From positions 4,340,001-4,404,000 of the forward strand of contig CAKKNE010000001.1 of the NCBI GenBank assembly GCA_918797485.1: a stretch of DNA of 64,000 nt, written 5' to 3'. The first letter of the stretch is position 1; the number at the start of each line of letters is the position of its first letter. Made by a program: the position numbers and the translations under genes. Positions 20,251-30,331 of this stretch are shown here, piece after piece. The DNA comes from Pelagomonas calceolata (Eukaryota). Under the pieces are notes generated by a model. It was not told the origin of the DNA. It worked only from the letters and a program-made list of their open reading frames with translations, and ran no database searches.

Positions 20251-21029
20251 GAGCCCCGCCGAGCTGTCGCTCTTTGATTTGGCCGGCGAGGCCCGTCCGC
20301 CGCCGCCGCCCCTGCCTCCGCGCCGACGGCCGCCACCGCCTCCCCCGCCGCCGCTCACTCGAGTCGTCGAGGTGTTGCCTCCTTTTTCTCGGCCGCCGCC
20401 GCCTCCACCGCCGGCCCGGCGTCCGCCGCCTCCGCCGCCGCCGCCGTCCGGTGCTCGCGCGCCGCCGCCGCCTCCTCCTCAGCTCGTGGAGGAGGCTTCG
20501 CAGGAGGGCATGGTGTAATGTCATTTTAGTGCCCGCGCGCGCTTTTATTTTGTTTCTGTTGCCCTGACGTAGCACTCGGTGCAGCAGCTCCAATGCCGTC
20601 CTTTTATCGCTCTTAAAGCCGGCAAGTCAACCGACCTCAAGTTGGAACCAAGTGGCATCAGGTCTGTGTCGTGGCGCCAATCAACAAACGTATTCACGTA
20701 ATCTCGCATCACTCGTCGCAGCAGCGTCCGCAAACATCCGCATCTGGTCCAACGTGCTGTGCAGCGCATTCGTGCAACGCGCGCGAAGCTCGCGTGATGC
20801 GTACGCCGCGCACGCATTCACGCGGCCGCCTCGGCAGCCAACAGAAAACGCGCAGCGCAATCGCCGCGCGCTCGCGCGTTGTGCATAGCACTGCACAGCA
20901 CATGCGCGGGCGTTGCGCAACGTTGCATGCTGTGCGGCCGCGCTCCGCTCGACCGCGGCCGCGCGCGTGTCGGGCGCAACATTGCAGCTGACCTGACCCG
21001 CGCCACCGCCCGCAGACAAACTCACAACA

Positions 21030-22047
21030 ATGGCCCTCTCCAAGCTCGCCCTCGCCCTCGCCGTCGCGCCCTCGGCCGCCCTCGTCGCGCCGTCGGCCAA
21101 GGTCTCCTCGACGAAGCTCGCCGCGGAGGGCAAGCTCGACGAGATCCCCGAGGCGGAGAACCGCTTCACGTCCCGCCTCGCCACCCAGGAGGGCTTCTGC
21201 CTCGACCTGCCCGGCGCGCTCGCGCCCATGGGCCAGTGGGACCCGGCCGGCTTCACGTCCCAGGCGTCGGACAACGACATCCGCCGCTACCGCGAGGCCG
21301 AGACCCAGCACGGCCGCGTCGCCATGCTCGCCGTCCTCGGCTTCCTCGTCGCCGAGTCGTGGCACCCCCTCTTCGCCGACGTGACGGGCCCGGCCATCGA
21401 TCACCTGACCCAGGTCCGCCAGGAGTACCCGGCGTTCTTTGAAATCGGCGCGCTCGTCATCGGCGGCCTCGAGGTGAACCGCGCCCTCGTCGGCTGGGCG
21501 TTCCCGGACTCGCGCGAGAAGGTGCGCGCGCCGCGTCCTTTGTCAATTTGACGGCGTCGCGTCGAAAGCGTCGATGCTTGGAAGCTCACCTGTCTCTCTC
21601 AACGCAGGCGGGCGTTCTCAACGAGGACTACTACCCGGGCGACGTCGGCTTCGACCCGCTCGGCCTCAAGCCCACGGACCCGGCCGAGTTCGCCGAGATG
21701 CAGACGAAGGAGCTCCAGAACGGCCGCTTGGCCATGCTCGCGGCCGCGGGCTTCCTCGCCCAGGAGCTCGTCAACCACAAGCCGATCCTCGAGACCCTCA
21801 AGCTCCTCATCCTCCTCGACGACTCGGAGATCTCCAAAAACCTCGGCATCAACCAGTGCATAAATCAAATGACGCGACGCATCGCCATCGACGCGACGCC
21901 AGCTCGACGGCGTGGTGGTGTGGGTCTCTCGCGTCTCGTGCACCCGACTCACCGGTTGATTTGCGCACAGGCATCAACCTCCCGACGGGCGACATCCCGA
22001 CGCTGGAGCTCGAGCTCGAGACCTCGGCGAAGGACACGTTCTTCTAA
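21030..22047 (+). CDS. LHCX: Stress-related light-harvesting protein LHCX/LHCSR (LI818); join(21030..21521,21608..21845,21971..22047), 268 aa
   Basis: [25 protein letters not shown] and [15 protein letters not shown]...[12 protein letters not shown]. Both introns restore the reading frame. Confidence 0.92.
21522..21607 (+). other. 86-nt GT-AG intron in LHCX
   Basis: GTGCGC...AACGCAG. Splicing gives [15 protein letters not shown]. Contains GGCGTCGCGTCGA, the inverted introner core. Confidence 0.85.
21846..21970 (+). mobile_element. Introner (125-nt GC-AG intron) with a perfect 8-bp TSD
   Basis: TSD GCATCAAC at 21846-21853 and 21971-21978. TIRs CAGTGCATAAATCAA / TTGATTTGCGCACAG match 12/15. 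The GC donor comes from the TSD and the AG acceptor from the TIR. Confidence 0.92.
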
Positions 22048-22164
22048 GCGCGAACACACGGTTTCCGCTCGTAGACTCTGTGAACGTCGCCGCTCACAAG
22101 AGTGGCGGCCAGCACGCGTCCTGTTTATCGTCTCGTTTAAGAAAAGATTGTCATTAATATGTAT

Positions 22165-23025
22165 TCATTCGAGCTCCCCGCTCTGCTCGGCGACGAAGCG
22201 ATCCCAGCCCTCCTCGACGTCGTCGTCGCGCGCCTGCTTTCTTCCCCGCTCTTCCGCGGCGACGAGCGACTCGATGTCGCCCTCCTTCGTTTCCTCGTCG
22301 TCGCGCGAGGCGACCGGAGAGGCGGGGGGCTCGTTGTCCTTCCAGCGCCGGACGTCCCACAGCGGCGCCGCCAAGAATAAGATCGAGTAGATGAGGCAAT
22401 ATGTACACCACTTGCTGCCAAGCGCCAGCGTACCCTCCGTCGTCCAGAGAATCGTGATCACGCAGAGGAACGGCACGACGAGGACCGCGAGCACGATGCG
22501 ATCGTCGACGACCACGAAAAAGTTCGCAATCGTCGCCGCGGCGACCAAGAGGATGGGCAAGGCAGGCGTTCGAGTGCCGCCCCACCGCAGCGTCGAGTGC
22601 GGCTCCGGAAATTTTGCCCGGATCACGTCCGTGCAGCCGCTCGTGTAGCACATGACGACTCCGGCGCAGACATAGCCCAGCAGCATGACCTTGCGCAAGC
22701 GCGGGTTTCGCGACGAGGGGTAGGCCAGCTGCGCCGCGTACTGGATGATGACAACGGCCGGGATCGCGTACTTGGAAACAATTAAGTTCTCGAGTTGGCC
22801 GTCCGGCGCTCCCACGGCGAAGGACATTTGCCGCCCGTCGCACGCCTCGAGGCCGCGATCGTACTGCAGGCTCCACAGCACGGCGTCGATGACTTGCGTC
22901 AGCGTAAAGGTGAAGAGGTAGAGGGCGTACCAGCGGTCGTTGCGGCCCCCGCGGTATGCCAAGAGAGCACACGCGACCCAGCCCCAAACGGCGGCTACTA
23001 TCGAGACGTTGCGGTTCCAACACAT
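22165..23025 (-). CDS. Multi-pass membrane protein of the MCW...GS.WC type (DUF5765-like)
   Basis: Starts MCWNRNVS. Has a TQVIDAVLW helix, about 7 TM segments, GSKWC near the last TM and an acidic tail. Confidence 0.65.
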   Translation of the reverse strand: MCWNRNVSIVAAVWGWVACALLAYRGGRNDRWYALYLFTFTLTQVIDAVLWSLQYDRGLEACDGRQMSFAVGAPDGQLENLIVSKYAIPAVVIIQYAAQLAYPSSRNPRLRKVMLLGYVCAGVVMCYTSGCTDVIRAKFPEPHSTLRWGGTRTPALPILLVAAATIANFFVVVDDRIVLAVLVVPFLCVITILWTTEGTLALGSKWCTYCLIYSILFLAAPLWDVRRWKDNEPPASPVASRDDEETKEGDIESLVAAEERGRKQARDDDVEEGWDRFVAEQSGELE

Positions 23026-23416
23026 CCTGACACTGAGGTGACGCGACGGCGGCGTGAGGGCTGACGTTACCCTTAGGAGTTCATCTGTCGTCTACGGCCG
23101 CGCGGCGCGACTCGTTGGACCGGTCAATCTCGGGCCAACAATGAGGGTCCTGGTCCCCCTCTTGGGATGCTCAGTTGTGTCGTAACGTCCCTAGGCGTAG
23201 ACTTGCCACTGCTCAATCCTGAAACCTGTTTTGGACCAGAGCCTGAATTTGCGGCCCGGGGACGCGCAGAGCGATTAGCGTCGACCTGGCTTCGCATTCA
23301 TCGCGCACGATACAGCCACAGTGCGTCCAGTACGCCTCGCTCCGCCCGGACACCCCGTTTTCAAGAAGTGACCCATTGGTCAGGAGTCGGGTTCAGGACC
23401 CCACAGACGCGAGGAC

Positions 23417-24100
23417 ATGGCAAAGAAGAAGTTTTACGCCGTTGCGTCGGGCAAAAGGACCGGCATCTTCGAATCGTGGGAGGAGGTCAAGCCCTTGGTG
23501 TACGGCGTCGCCGGCGCGCTACACAAAAGCTTCGCGACGCGCGAGGAGGCGGAGCGCTGGCTCGCGGAGGCGTCTGGCGGCGGAGGCGCGGACCCGGCGC
23601 CGGCGCCGCCCAAGAAGAAAGCCCGGATCGCCGCGCCGGCGCCGGCGCCGGCCATCGTGCAGCCGCCCAGAGGAATCACGGGGGACGAGGCCGCACTGGC
23701 CCGTTATCCGGCGCACGAGCAACGCCTGCTTGAGGCGAGAGACTTATTTGGTGCTATTGACGCCCACCCTTATGAAGACAGCGACGAAGACGGCGAGCCG
23801 CCGCAGCAGATGACGGGCTACTTTCCTCCATGGGAGAACGAGATCTACCTCAATCTCCTCAACAAGTACGGCCAGCCCCTGAAAGAAAACCACCGCGCGG
23901 TTATGGCGTTCCAACAGGAATTCAACTATCGCGTGTGGTCGTCGGTGACGGCGCACCCCAACAAGTTCAACGGGGGCCAGACGACGCACAAGACGGGGCC
24001 CCGGGGCGGGAAGATCAAAAGCACGGTGTACAGGGACTGGGTCGAGGCGAACGGGGGCAAGTGGGTCGGCTTCCAGTGGCAGCTGCTAGACTCGGCCTAG
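23417..24100 (+). CDS. Protein with an RNase H1-type hybrid-binding (Cauli_VI/viroplasmin) domain and an unknown C-terminal domain
   Basis: KKKFYAVASGKRTGIFESWEEVKPLVYGVAGALHKSFATREEAERWL. PPKKKAR NLS-like motif. No RNase H catalytic DEDD domain follows. Confidence 0.8.
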   Translation: MAKKKFYAVASGKRTGIFESWEEVKPLVYGVAGALHKSFATREEAERWLAEASGGGGADPAPAPPKKKARIAAPAPAPAIVQPPRGITGDEAALARYPAHEQRLLEARDLFGAIDAHPYEDSDEDGEPPQQMTGYFPPWENEIYLNLLNKYGQPLKENHRAVMAFQQEFNYRVWSSVTAHPNKFNGGQTTHKTGPRGGKIKSTVYRDWVEANGGKWVGFQWQLLDSA

Positions 24101-24119
24101 AGTGAGTCGTAAGTACACG

Positions 24120-26014
24120 TTATATCATCTGATTGCGCGAGCTGCCCGGCGTGAGCTCGAGCTGTGCCGACGCCTTGTAGCGCGGCAGCTCGACGAAGTA
24201 CACGTAGCTGAACGCCGCGCCGAGCGCCAATATGATAATGATGAGCAATGATAAAGTCGCGGCCTCCACGGGGTCCTCGAACTCGCCGTCGTCGTCGTCG
24301 CCCGGCGCCGCGCCGGGCCGCGGCAGGACGTAGACCGTGACGCGCTGGCCGTTCTGGCAGTGGTCCCCGACCTGGCAGACGAAGTGGATGTTTACGGCGC
24401 CGCTCAAGGCCGTGTGTGCCTCGAACCTGTGTGGAAATCAACCAGTGAGTCGGGTGCACGATAATTCTTCACTAAGTCATTTCTCGGCGAGGACGCGGTC
24501 GTGCTGGCTCCGTCGAGCGGCGAGGAACCGGCATCGCCACGCCATCGAGCAGGCGTCGCGTCGATGGCGTGGAAGACGACACGATGATTCAGCGCGAACG
24601 CGCCGTAAAATTTTGATTTCCACACCGCCTCGAACAACTCATCTGCCCCGGAGTTGCCATCACCTACCCACGACTGCGTTGGCTGATCTCGTACCAAGAC
24701 CGCGTCGGGGTCTTCGAGCGAGAGCACATATTCATAACCTGATGAGTCCTTAATGCAGGTGTCGCCGACCCAGGCGTCTCCAGCGGGCTTCTCGTACTGA
24801 ACTATTCCACAGACCGCCTTCTCGCCGGCGGCGTCGTGCACGACCACGACGCGACCGACGGCATCCGCCAAGCTCAAGCCGAATTCCGCCGGGACCTCGA
24901 CGTCGATCGGCGCCATATTACCCTGAGCCGTCCACGTAGTGCCCGTCACCCCGCCGTCCTTCCATATGTCCCGCGGCACCGGCGTCGGCGAAGGCGTCGT
25001 CCACGGCGCCCGACCCGGGGCGCCGGCGTAGTCCTTGGAATAGTGGTCGCCCGGGTCGGCGCACGAGTGGCCCTCGTGCAGGTGGATTTCGCCGTTCTCG
25101 ATGGCGTCCGTGAGGTCGCCGCGGATCCGCAGCGCCCCGTCGTCCTCGCTCAGCGTTAGGCCAGCGCCTCCGCCCGTACTATCATCCACCGCCTTGATAT
25201 TCGCAGCATCTTCATTATAGCCGCTTATCGGCGCAAAGTTGACCCACGCCCGGCCCGCCCGGCTCCCCCACGGCCCCAAGGAATCATCCTTGCCACACCC
25301 GCCGCCCGCGTCCCGGCCGGAGACCTCGGTCATTTTTTTCATCTCGCAGTGGCGCGACGCCGCGTAGTCCGGCGCACGCCAGACGTTGTGGTGCGAACTG
25401 TACTTCCACATCAAACTATCGCCCTCGAAGGCCCAGATCGACGTCAGGCCGTGGGGCCGGTGCACGCCGTCGTCGAAGCGGGCTCCCATGCTTTCACAGA
25501 AGCCAAAATCGTCCGTCCACGCCGGCACCACGATCTTCCGCGCGCCGGACGCGCGCTCCGCGACGCGTTCACTTACAATATTCACGGCGAGCTTGACGCC
25601 GCCCAGACAGTGCGACCGGGAACACGCCAGCCACAGACCGCCCGCGGCTTTATCGGCTTCTGTGACCTCGATCTGCTTGCCCGGCGTCGAGGCCAGGCAG
25701 AAGAAGTCGTGGCTCGTCGCGCAGCCGCCGCCGTCCTCCTCGGCTGTCGTGAGCAGCGTGGACTTGCTCTCGTCGCAGGCCAACCACGATTCTTCGTCCG
25801 GGTACTTGCGCACGTCGTGGCCGCTCATGGCGCCCGCGGCGGCGTACCGCACATCAATGATGTCGCCGACCTCGGCAGACACAGGCTCGAGCTGCTCGCG
25901 CCGCAGCCACGGCGCGGCGGCCTTGCAGTAGCCATAGTCCAAGCTCCAGTCCATGATGGGAATCACACTCTTGCCGGCCGACCCAGCCGCGAGGAGAAGT
26001 GCTGTGCGCGCCAT
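24120..26014 (-). CDS. Membrane-anchored tandem phytocyanin (cupredoxin) protein with an inserted Cu/Zn-SOD-like domain; join(24636..26014,24120..24426), 561 aa
   Basis: Domain 1: VGDIIDVRY..HDV..C..LACSRSHCLGGVKL. Domain 2: EGDSLMWKY..HNV..C...HFVCQVGDHCQNGQRV. SOD-like: IHLHEGHSCADPGDHY...VGRVVVVHDAAGEKAVCGIV. C-terminal TM segment. Confidence 0.8.
24427..24635 (-). mobile_element. Intact introner (209-nt intron = 201-bp element plus one TSD copy)
   Basis: On the minus strand: GTTCGAGG|CGGTGTGGAAATCAA...TTGATTTCCACACAG|GTTCGAGG. Perfect 8-bp TSD and 14/15 TIR. Splicing from the TSD's GT restores ELFEAHTALSG exactly. Confidence 0.95.
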
Positions 26015-26598
26015 TGTATTTGTGCCTGGGGCTGGGAGATGGTTCTAGGGTGGCTTCGCTCTGTCCGTTCACAAGGGCAGCGTGCGCGTTTGTCGAGTGG
26101 TTCCGTTGCGCCGTCTCCGCTGCCCGGTTTGCGCCCCCGCCGGCCAGCTGCTGTGCAAAACAGCAAAATCTGATGGGAGAGCATGGAGCTTGGGCTTTCG
26201 ACGGGGCCCCGCACGTGCCTGGCGGAGCCGTCGAAGACCGGGTCCGGGACGTGTGCTACGCAAACGGACCGGTCGTCGAAGGGCGACCGAGCTCTGATGA
26301 CGAGCGTAGCCGCGGCCGCGCGGGGCAACGCCGATGGCCCTGGCTGGCAAAGCGGCGTGAGTAAACTCCTCTCTGCGGAGATATCTTCACCGGCAATGAG
26401 ACACGGTTTTTATCGCACGGATCGCACATCGGTCAGAGCTAGTGCACACCGGCTCTAGCGTGCAAACATCTCGGCTCCAGGCCAGGCAAGCCAGGGCCAA
26501 GCATCCAGCATTCGTGCGCGTGCGCTGCGATTACGATTCGTTCATTCGCAGCAATCCGCTCTCTCGCGGCAATCATCGCTGCGGCAGCCGTACGCCGC

Positions 26599-27336
26599 AT
26601 GGCGGCGCTCAGCGGCGCGGCCACCCCACCGCAAAAGGTGCGCGTCGCGGTCTTCGGCGGCGCCTTCGACCCGCCGACGGTCGACCACGTGCGCTGCTGC
26701 GCGCAGATTTTAAGGAGTCGGCGCGTCGACGAGGTCTGGCTGACGCCCTGCGGGCCGCGGCCCGACAAGCCCAACCTTGAGACGCCGACGCTGAAAAGAT
26801 GGGCCATGTGCGAGATTGCTGTCAATAGCGCCTTGCCGCCGACGGCGAAGGTGCGAGTGTGTGATGTCGATGTCAATCGAGAGCGGGCCTATTTTACGTA
26901 TGACTTACTCACGCACCTAAACAAAACCAGAGGAGACACGCACGAGTTCTCCTTCGTTATTGGTACTGATTGGCTCACGAAAGAAACGAACATAAGGGAG
27001 TGGGAGTCGGACGTCGGTGGCAAACGGGTGGTCACGGGGCACAAGCTCATCGAGGAGTTCGACTTTTTGGTCCTCAAGCGGCCGGGGCACCCGGCCTACG
27101 GCGAACTCTCGGACTACGGTCCTCGATTCAGCTATTTGGACGTGGATGGCGACTCCACAAAGTTCATCGAGGGCGCCGGTTCTTCAACAGATGTGCGCAA
27201 CTGCCTGAAGGACACGCACGACTACGACGCCGTCGCGGGTTTGGTTCCTGCCGCTGTTTTAGCCTTCATGCGGCGGCACCGGTTATATATCGGGCCCGCG
27301 GAGACGCGCATCGCGCGGGCGTCGTCAGGGCTCTAG
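26599..27336 (+). CDS. Nicotinate/nicotinamide mononucleotide adenylyltransferase (NadD-like cytidylyltransferase fold)
   Basis: VAVFGGAFDPPTVDH, DEVWLTPC, FVIGTD, FLVLKRPG and SSTDVR. Confidence 0.82.
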   Translation: MAALSGAATPPQKVRVAVFGGAFDPPTVDHVRCCAQILRSRRVDEVWLTPCGPRPDKPNLETPTLKRWAMCEIAVNSALPPTAKVRVCDVDVNRERAYFTYDLLTHLNKTRGDTHEFSFVIGTDWLTKETNIREWESDVGGKRVVTGHKLIEEFDFLVLKRPGHPAYGELSDYGPRFSYLDVDGDSTKFIEGAGSSTDVRNCLKDTHDYDAVAGLVPAAVLAFMRRHRLYIGPAETRIARASSGL

Positions 27337-27431
27337 CATCGATCGCTCGTGTTGCCTCGGGCGTTAGCTCGGAGGCCGTCTTTTTTCGTCGGACGTCTAA
27401 AACATAGTTCTCAAACAAATAGGTTTTATCA

Positions 27432-29099
27432 TCATGCGAACAGGTCCTCCAATTCGTCCGCATGTGGTGCGGCAGGAGCGACGGCCTCGCCGCCGGTTTC
27501 GACCGCCGGTGCTGACGCCCCTGAAGGCGCCTCCCCGTTGGCATCCTCGGCCGCGGCAAGTCTCTCGCTGAGCGCAGCGGCCTCCTCGAGCCGTTTTTCT
27601 AATTGAGCAGCGGCGGCTTCGGTGCGCTTGACGGCGTCGGCGCCGTCGTCGGCTATCCGTCGCGTCGTATCCCTCTCGGACGACGCCGCGTCGAGCTCGT
27701 CGAAAATTTCACCCTCGACGGCGGGCGTGGCGGGTGATTCCGCGAGCTCGGCGAGGCCCGAGGCGAACTCCTCGGGCGTGATGACGCCGTCGCCGTCCTT
27801 ATCGAATTTTCTAAACGTGTCCTCGACGAAAAACTCGCCGTCCCTCTCCACAACGTCGGCGTCGGTGCGCCACGCCTGGACGTCGGGCAGCGCCGCCGTC
27901 GCCTTCTCGGCTGCTTCAGCTAAAGCAGCGAGCTCCCGCGCGCGCTTCGCATCAGCGCCGGCCGCGCCGGACGCCGGCCCGCGCCACTGGTCGCGCTCCT
28001 CCGCGGCCAAAGCTCTGGCTTTCTGCGCCAGGTCGCGCTGCGCCGTGATGCGCTGCTCGGCAGCCCTAGCGAGCTGCTCCAGCCGCAACGAGCGCTGTTC
28101 TGACGATTCGGCGCGCTGCTGCGTCGCCGTGAGTTTCGACGTCAGCGAGTCCGCCCGACTTCGTTCGTAGGTGAGCTGGCTCCGCGCCTCGGACGACGCC
28201 TCGGCGAGCTCCCGGAAGTCCCCCTCCAGCTTCGCGCGTGCCGCTTCAAATTCATCGGACCGTTGTCTCATATTTGCTTCATATTCCGCGGTTAATTCGC
28301 GACGCGTATTGTCCACCGCTAATCTCTTAGCAACAGCACCTTTCTCCTTCTCGGCTTGTTTCACCTGGTCCAGCTTCCTTTCTAAATCCGACTGGAACTG
28401 CTCGTTCATGGCCTGCGAACTTTGCTCGAACTCCACATCCAAGTTGAAAATCTCATCTTGTAACGCCTCGGACGCTCGTTCGAACTTCTCGGCTTCTTCC
28501 GTGGCCTTGTCGCGCTCGGCCTCGGCCTCCGCGACGCGCGCTTCGAGCGTCGTCACTTCGCTTTCAAACCGTTCCGCGAGTGACCGTACATCTAACTCTA
28601 GTTGAGTCGCGGCCTCCGTCGCTTCGACGGCCTTGATGCGGTTCGCCTCCCTCTCCGACGTCGCCGTCTGTAAGGCCTTTCTTATGGTGCTAAGTTCTTC
28701 GCTATAAGACGCCTGGACCTCCTCGACGACCTGCCTTCGTTGCGCGGCGGCGTCGGCCTGGGCCTGCACGATCTCCGCTCGTTGTAATGCCAGGGCCTCG
28801 GCCTGGGCTTCGCGTCGCGCCTCCTCGACGCGCTGGTCCGCCTCGCGCTTCGCCTCGGCTTTTGCTTCTGCGACTGCTTGCCTTAACTCTTCTTCTTGTT
28901 TTGCTTTTCTCCGTTTGAGTACTTTCTTCGTCCGTCGCACGCCGAACGCGGCGCTGACGCCTAATGCTAAACCGACGACGCCGGCGGGCAGGATCTCGAC
29001 CTGGACTTGGCGGCGCTGCGGTGCTTTCAGCGGCGGGACGGCTTGGAAGGTCGTGGCTTGCTGCGCGAGCGCTAACAATAGCAGCTTCGCGGGCGCCAT
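27432..29099 (-). CDS. Plastid-targeted coiled-coil protein with one TM segment and an EF-hand
   Basis: Signal MAPAKLLLLALAQQATT|FQA, TM GVVGLALGVSAAFGV, a long heptad-rich region and DKDGDGVITPEE. Confidence 0.75.
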   Translation of the reverse strand: MAPAKLLLLALAQQATTFQAVPPLKAPQRRQVQVEILPAGVVGLALGVSAAFGVRRTKKVLKRRKAKQEEELRQAVAEAKAEAKREADQRVEEARREAQAEALALQRAEIVQAQADAAAQRRQVVEEVQASYSEELSTIRKALQTATSEREANRIKAVEATEAATQLELDVRSLAERFESEVTTLEARVAEAEAERDKATEEAEKFERASEALQDEIFNLDVEFEQSSQAMNEQFQSDLERKLDQVKQAEKEKGAVAKRLAVDNTRRELTAEYEANMRQRSDEFEAARAKLEGDFRELAEASSEARSQLTYERSRADSLTSKLTATQQRAESSEQRSLRLEQLARAAEQRITAQRDLAQKARALAAEERDQWRGPASGAAGADAKRARELAALAEAAEKATAALPDVQAWRTDADVVERDGEFFVEDTFRKFDKDGDGVITPEEFASGLAELAESPATPAVEGEIFDELDAASSERDTTRRIADDGADAVKRTEAAAAQLEKRLEEAAALSERLAAAEDANGEAPSGASAPAVETGGEAVAPAAPHADELEDLFA

Positions 29100-29309
29100 C
29101 CTGGACGTACCGGGCTCGCGCGGGCGTCTTATGGCAGTCTTGGTAATAGGATTTCCACGTGACGTGGCTGACGGCGTGTGGGTCGTCTCGCGGCCTGCAC
29201 AACTGCAGCGCTGCAGCGCTAGTACACTGGCTTGTGCAACGGAGTGTGTAACGTTGTGTCAGCTTGCAAAACAGCTGGCTTGCCGCGCTTTTTTGGGCTT
29301 AACTATAAA

Positions 29310-29332
29310 GCTAGCGGCCCGTAAGACACTAG
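29310..29332 (-). promoter_or_regulatory. Recurrent upstream motif CTAGTGTCTTAC...GCTAGC, copy 3
   Basis: GTAAGACACTAG at 29321-29332, between the divergent starts at 29099 (-) and 29687 (+). Confidence 0.55.
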
Positions 29333-29686
29333 CAAGCAGTAAAACCGTGCGACAGTTGCCGCGTATCGTTCTCCTGGCGTGTGATGATCCCTATGCGCAA
29401 GCGCACCGCTCCTGCGAAACAGTTCGGGTTTCACTGTCCACCTGATGATCAGCGCCAACTTTTTAGGCGCTGTGCGAATCTCGCGCAGTTGGACGTCGTC
29501 GGAACGGCCAGAGCCGGCCACGGCTCTGCTGCGTCGCCAGCACGCAATCCTACGGTGGGCACACGGGGCAGCCCCACCATGCAGCACAATTTCTGATGGT
29601 GAGGCGCTTAGTCTCGTGAACGCGCACACCATACCGGCACAACGCTTCTGGTCCGTCTGAGAAACGCACCGGTCCAGGGATAAGCC

Positions 29687-30316
29687 ATGGACGTCGTAAA
29701 GCGCCTGCGAAACGCCCTGGGCAACAACCGGCCCAGCGACGCGACGGCGTCGAGCGGCGGCCTCGCGGACGCCGACGCCGACGACGTCGAGTCGCTCGAA
29801 CGGCTGAGAGACGAGGCGCGGCGCGCGTGCCTCGAGCAGATGGACTCGCACCTCACCCAATACTTGTTCGAAGAACAAGACCGGCTGCCGCCGCCGCACT
29901 ACGAGGAGTGGATCGCGGCGCTGCATCCCGAGAACGCGACCGTGACCGCGGGCGTCGTGACGAAGCTCGATGCGCGGTTCTACAAGGACCAGTCGGACCA
30001 TCGGCGCCTCTGGAACAAGTACCGGCCGGACGCGCGCGTCGACGCCGTCGAGACGATCGACGCGCCGCTCTCGCCGAAGGATCTTATGAGTGCGGAGGAC
30101 TTGTCCGGGCTCCAGAGCGAGCTCGAGGAACTTGAAGAATTACGAAAGCTCCTCGTCCACGTCCAGGGCGTGCGGCAGAGGCAACAGTCGCCGCATGGCT
30201 CGAAACGTCAGTCGTTCACGCCGCACCCGACGCCGCGCGTGAGCGACAACGCCGAGGCACCGCGCCTGAGCGAGGAGGAAATCGCCGTCTTCGACCCGTT
30301 CGCTTCGACCCGATGA
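29687..30316 (+). CDS. Hypothetical protein, 209 aa
   Basis: Native codon usage and a conserved-looking YEEWIAALHPEN...DARFY...SDHRRLWN segment. Confidence 0.65.
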   Translation: MDVVKRLRNALGNNRPSDATASSGGLADADADDVESLERLRDEARRACLEQMDSHLTQYLFEEQDRLPPPHYEEWIAALHPENATVTAGVVTKLDARFYKDQSDHRRLWNKYRPDARVDAVETIDAPLSPKDLMSAEDLSGLQSELEELEELRKLLVHVQGVRQRQQSPHGSKRQSFTPHPTPRVSDNAEAPRLSEEEIAVFDPFASTR

Positions 30317-30331
30317 CACGCTGTGTAAAGA

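Noticed and set aside
23062..23200. Short inverted matches (GACGTTAC/GTAACGTC; GTCTACG/CGTAGAC) suggesting a structured RNA
   Set aside because: The stems are short and not nested, and no recognisable ncRNA boxes are present.
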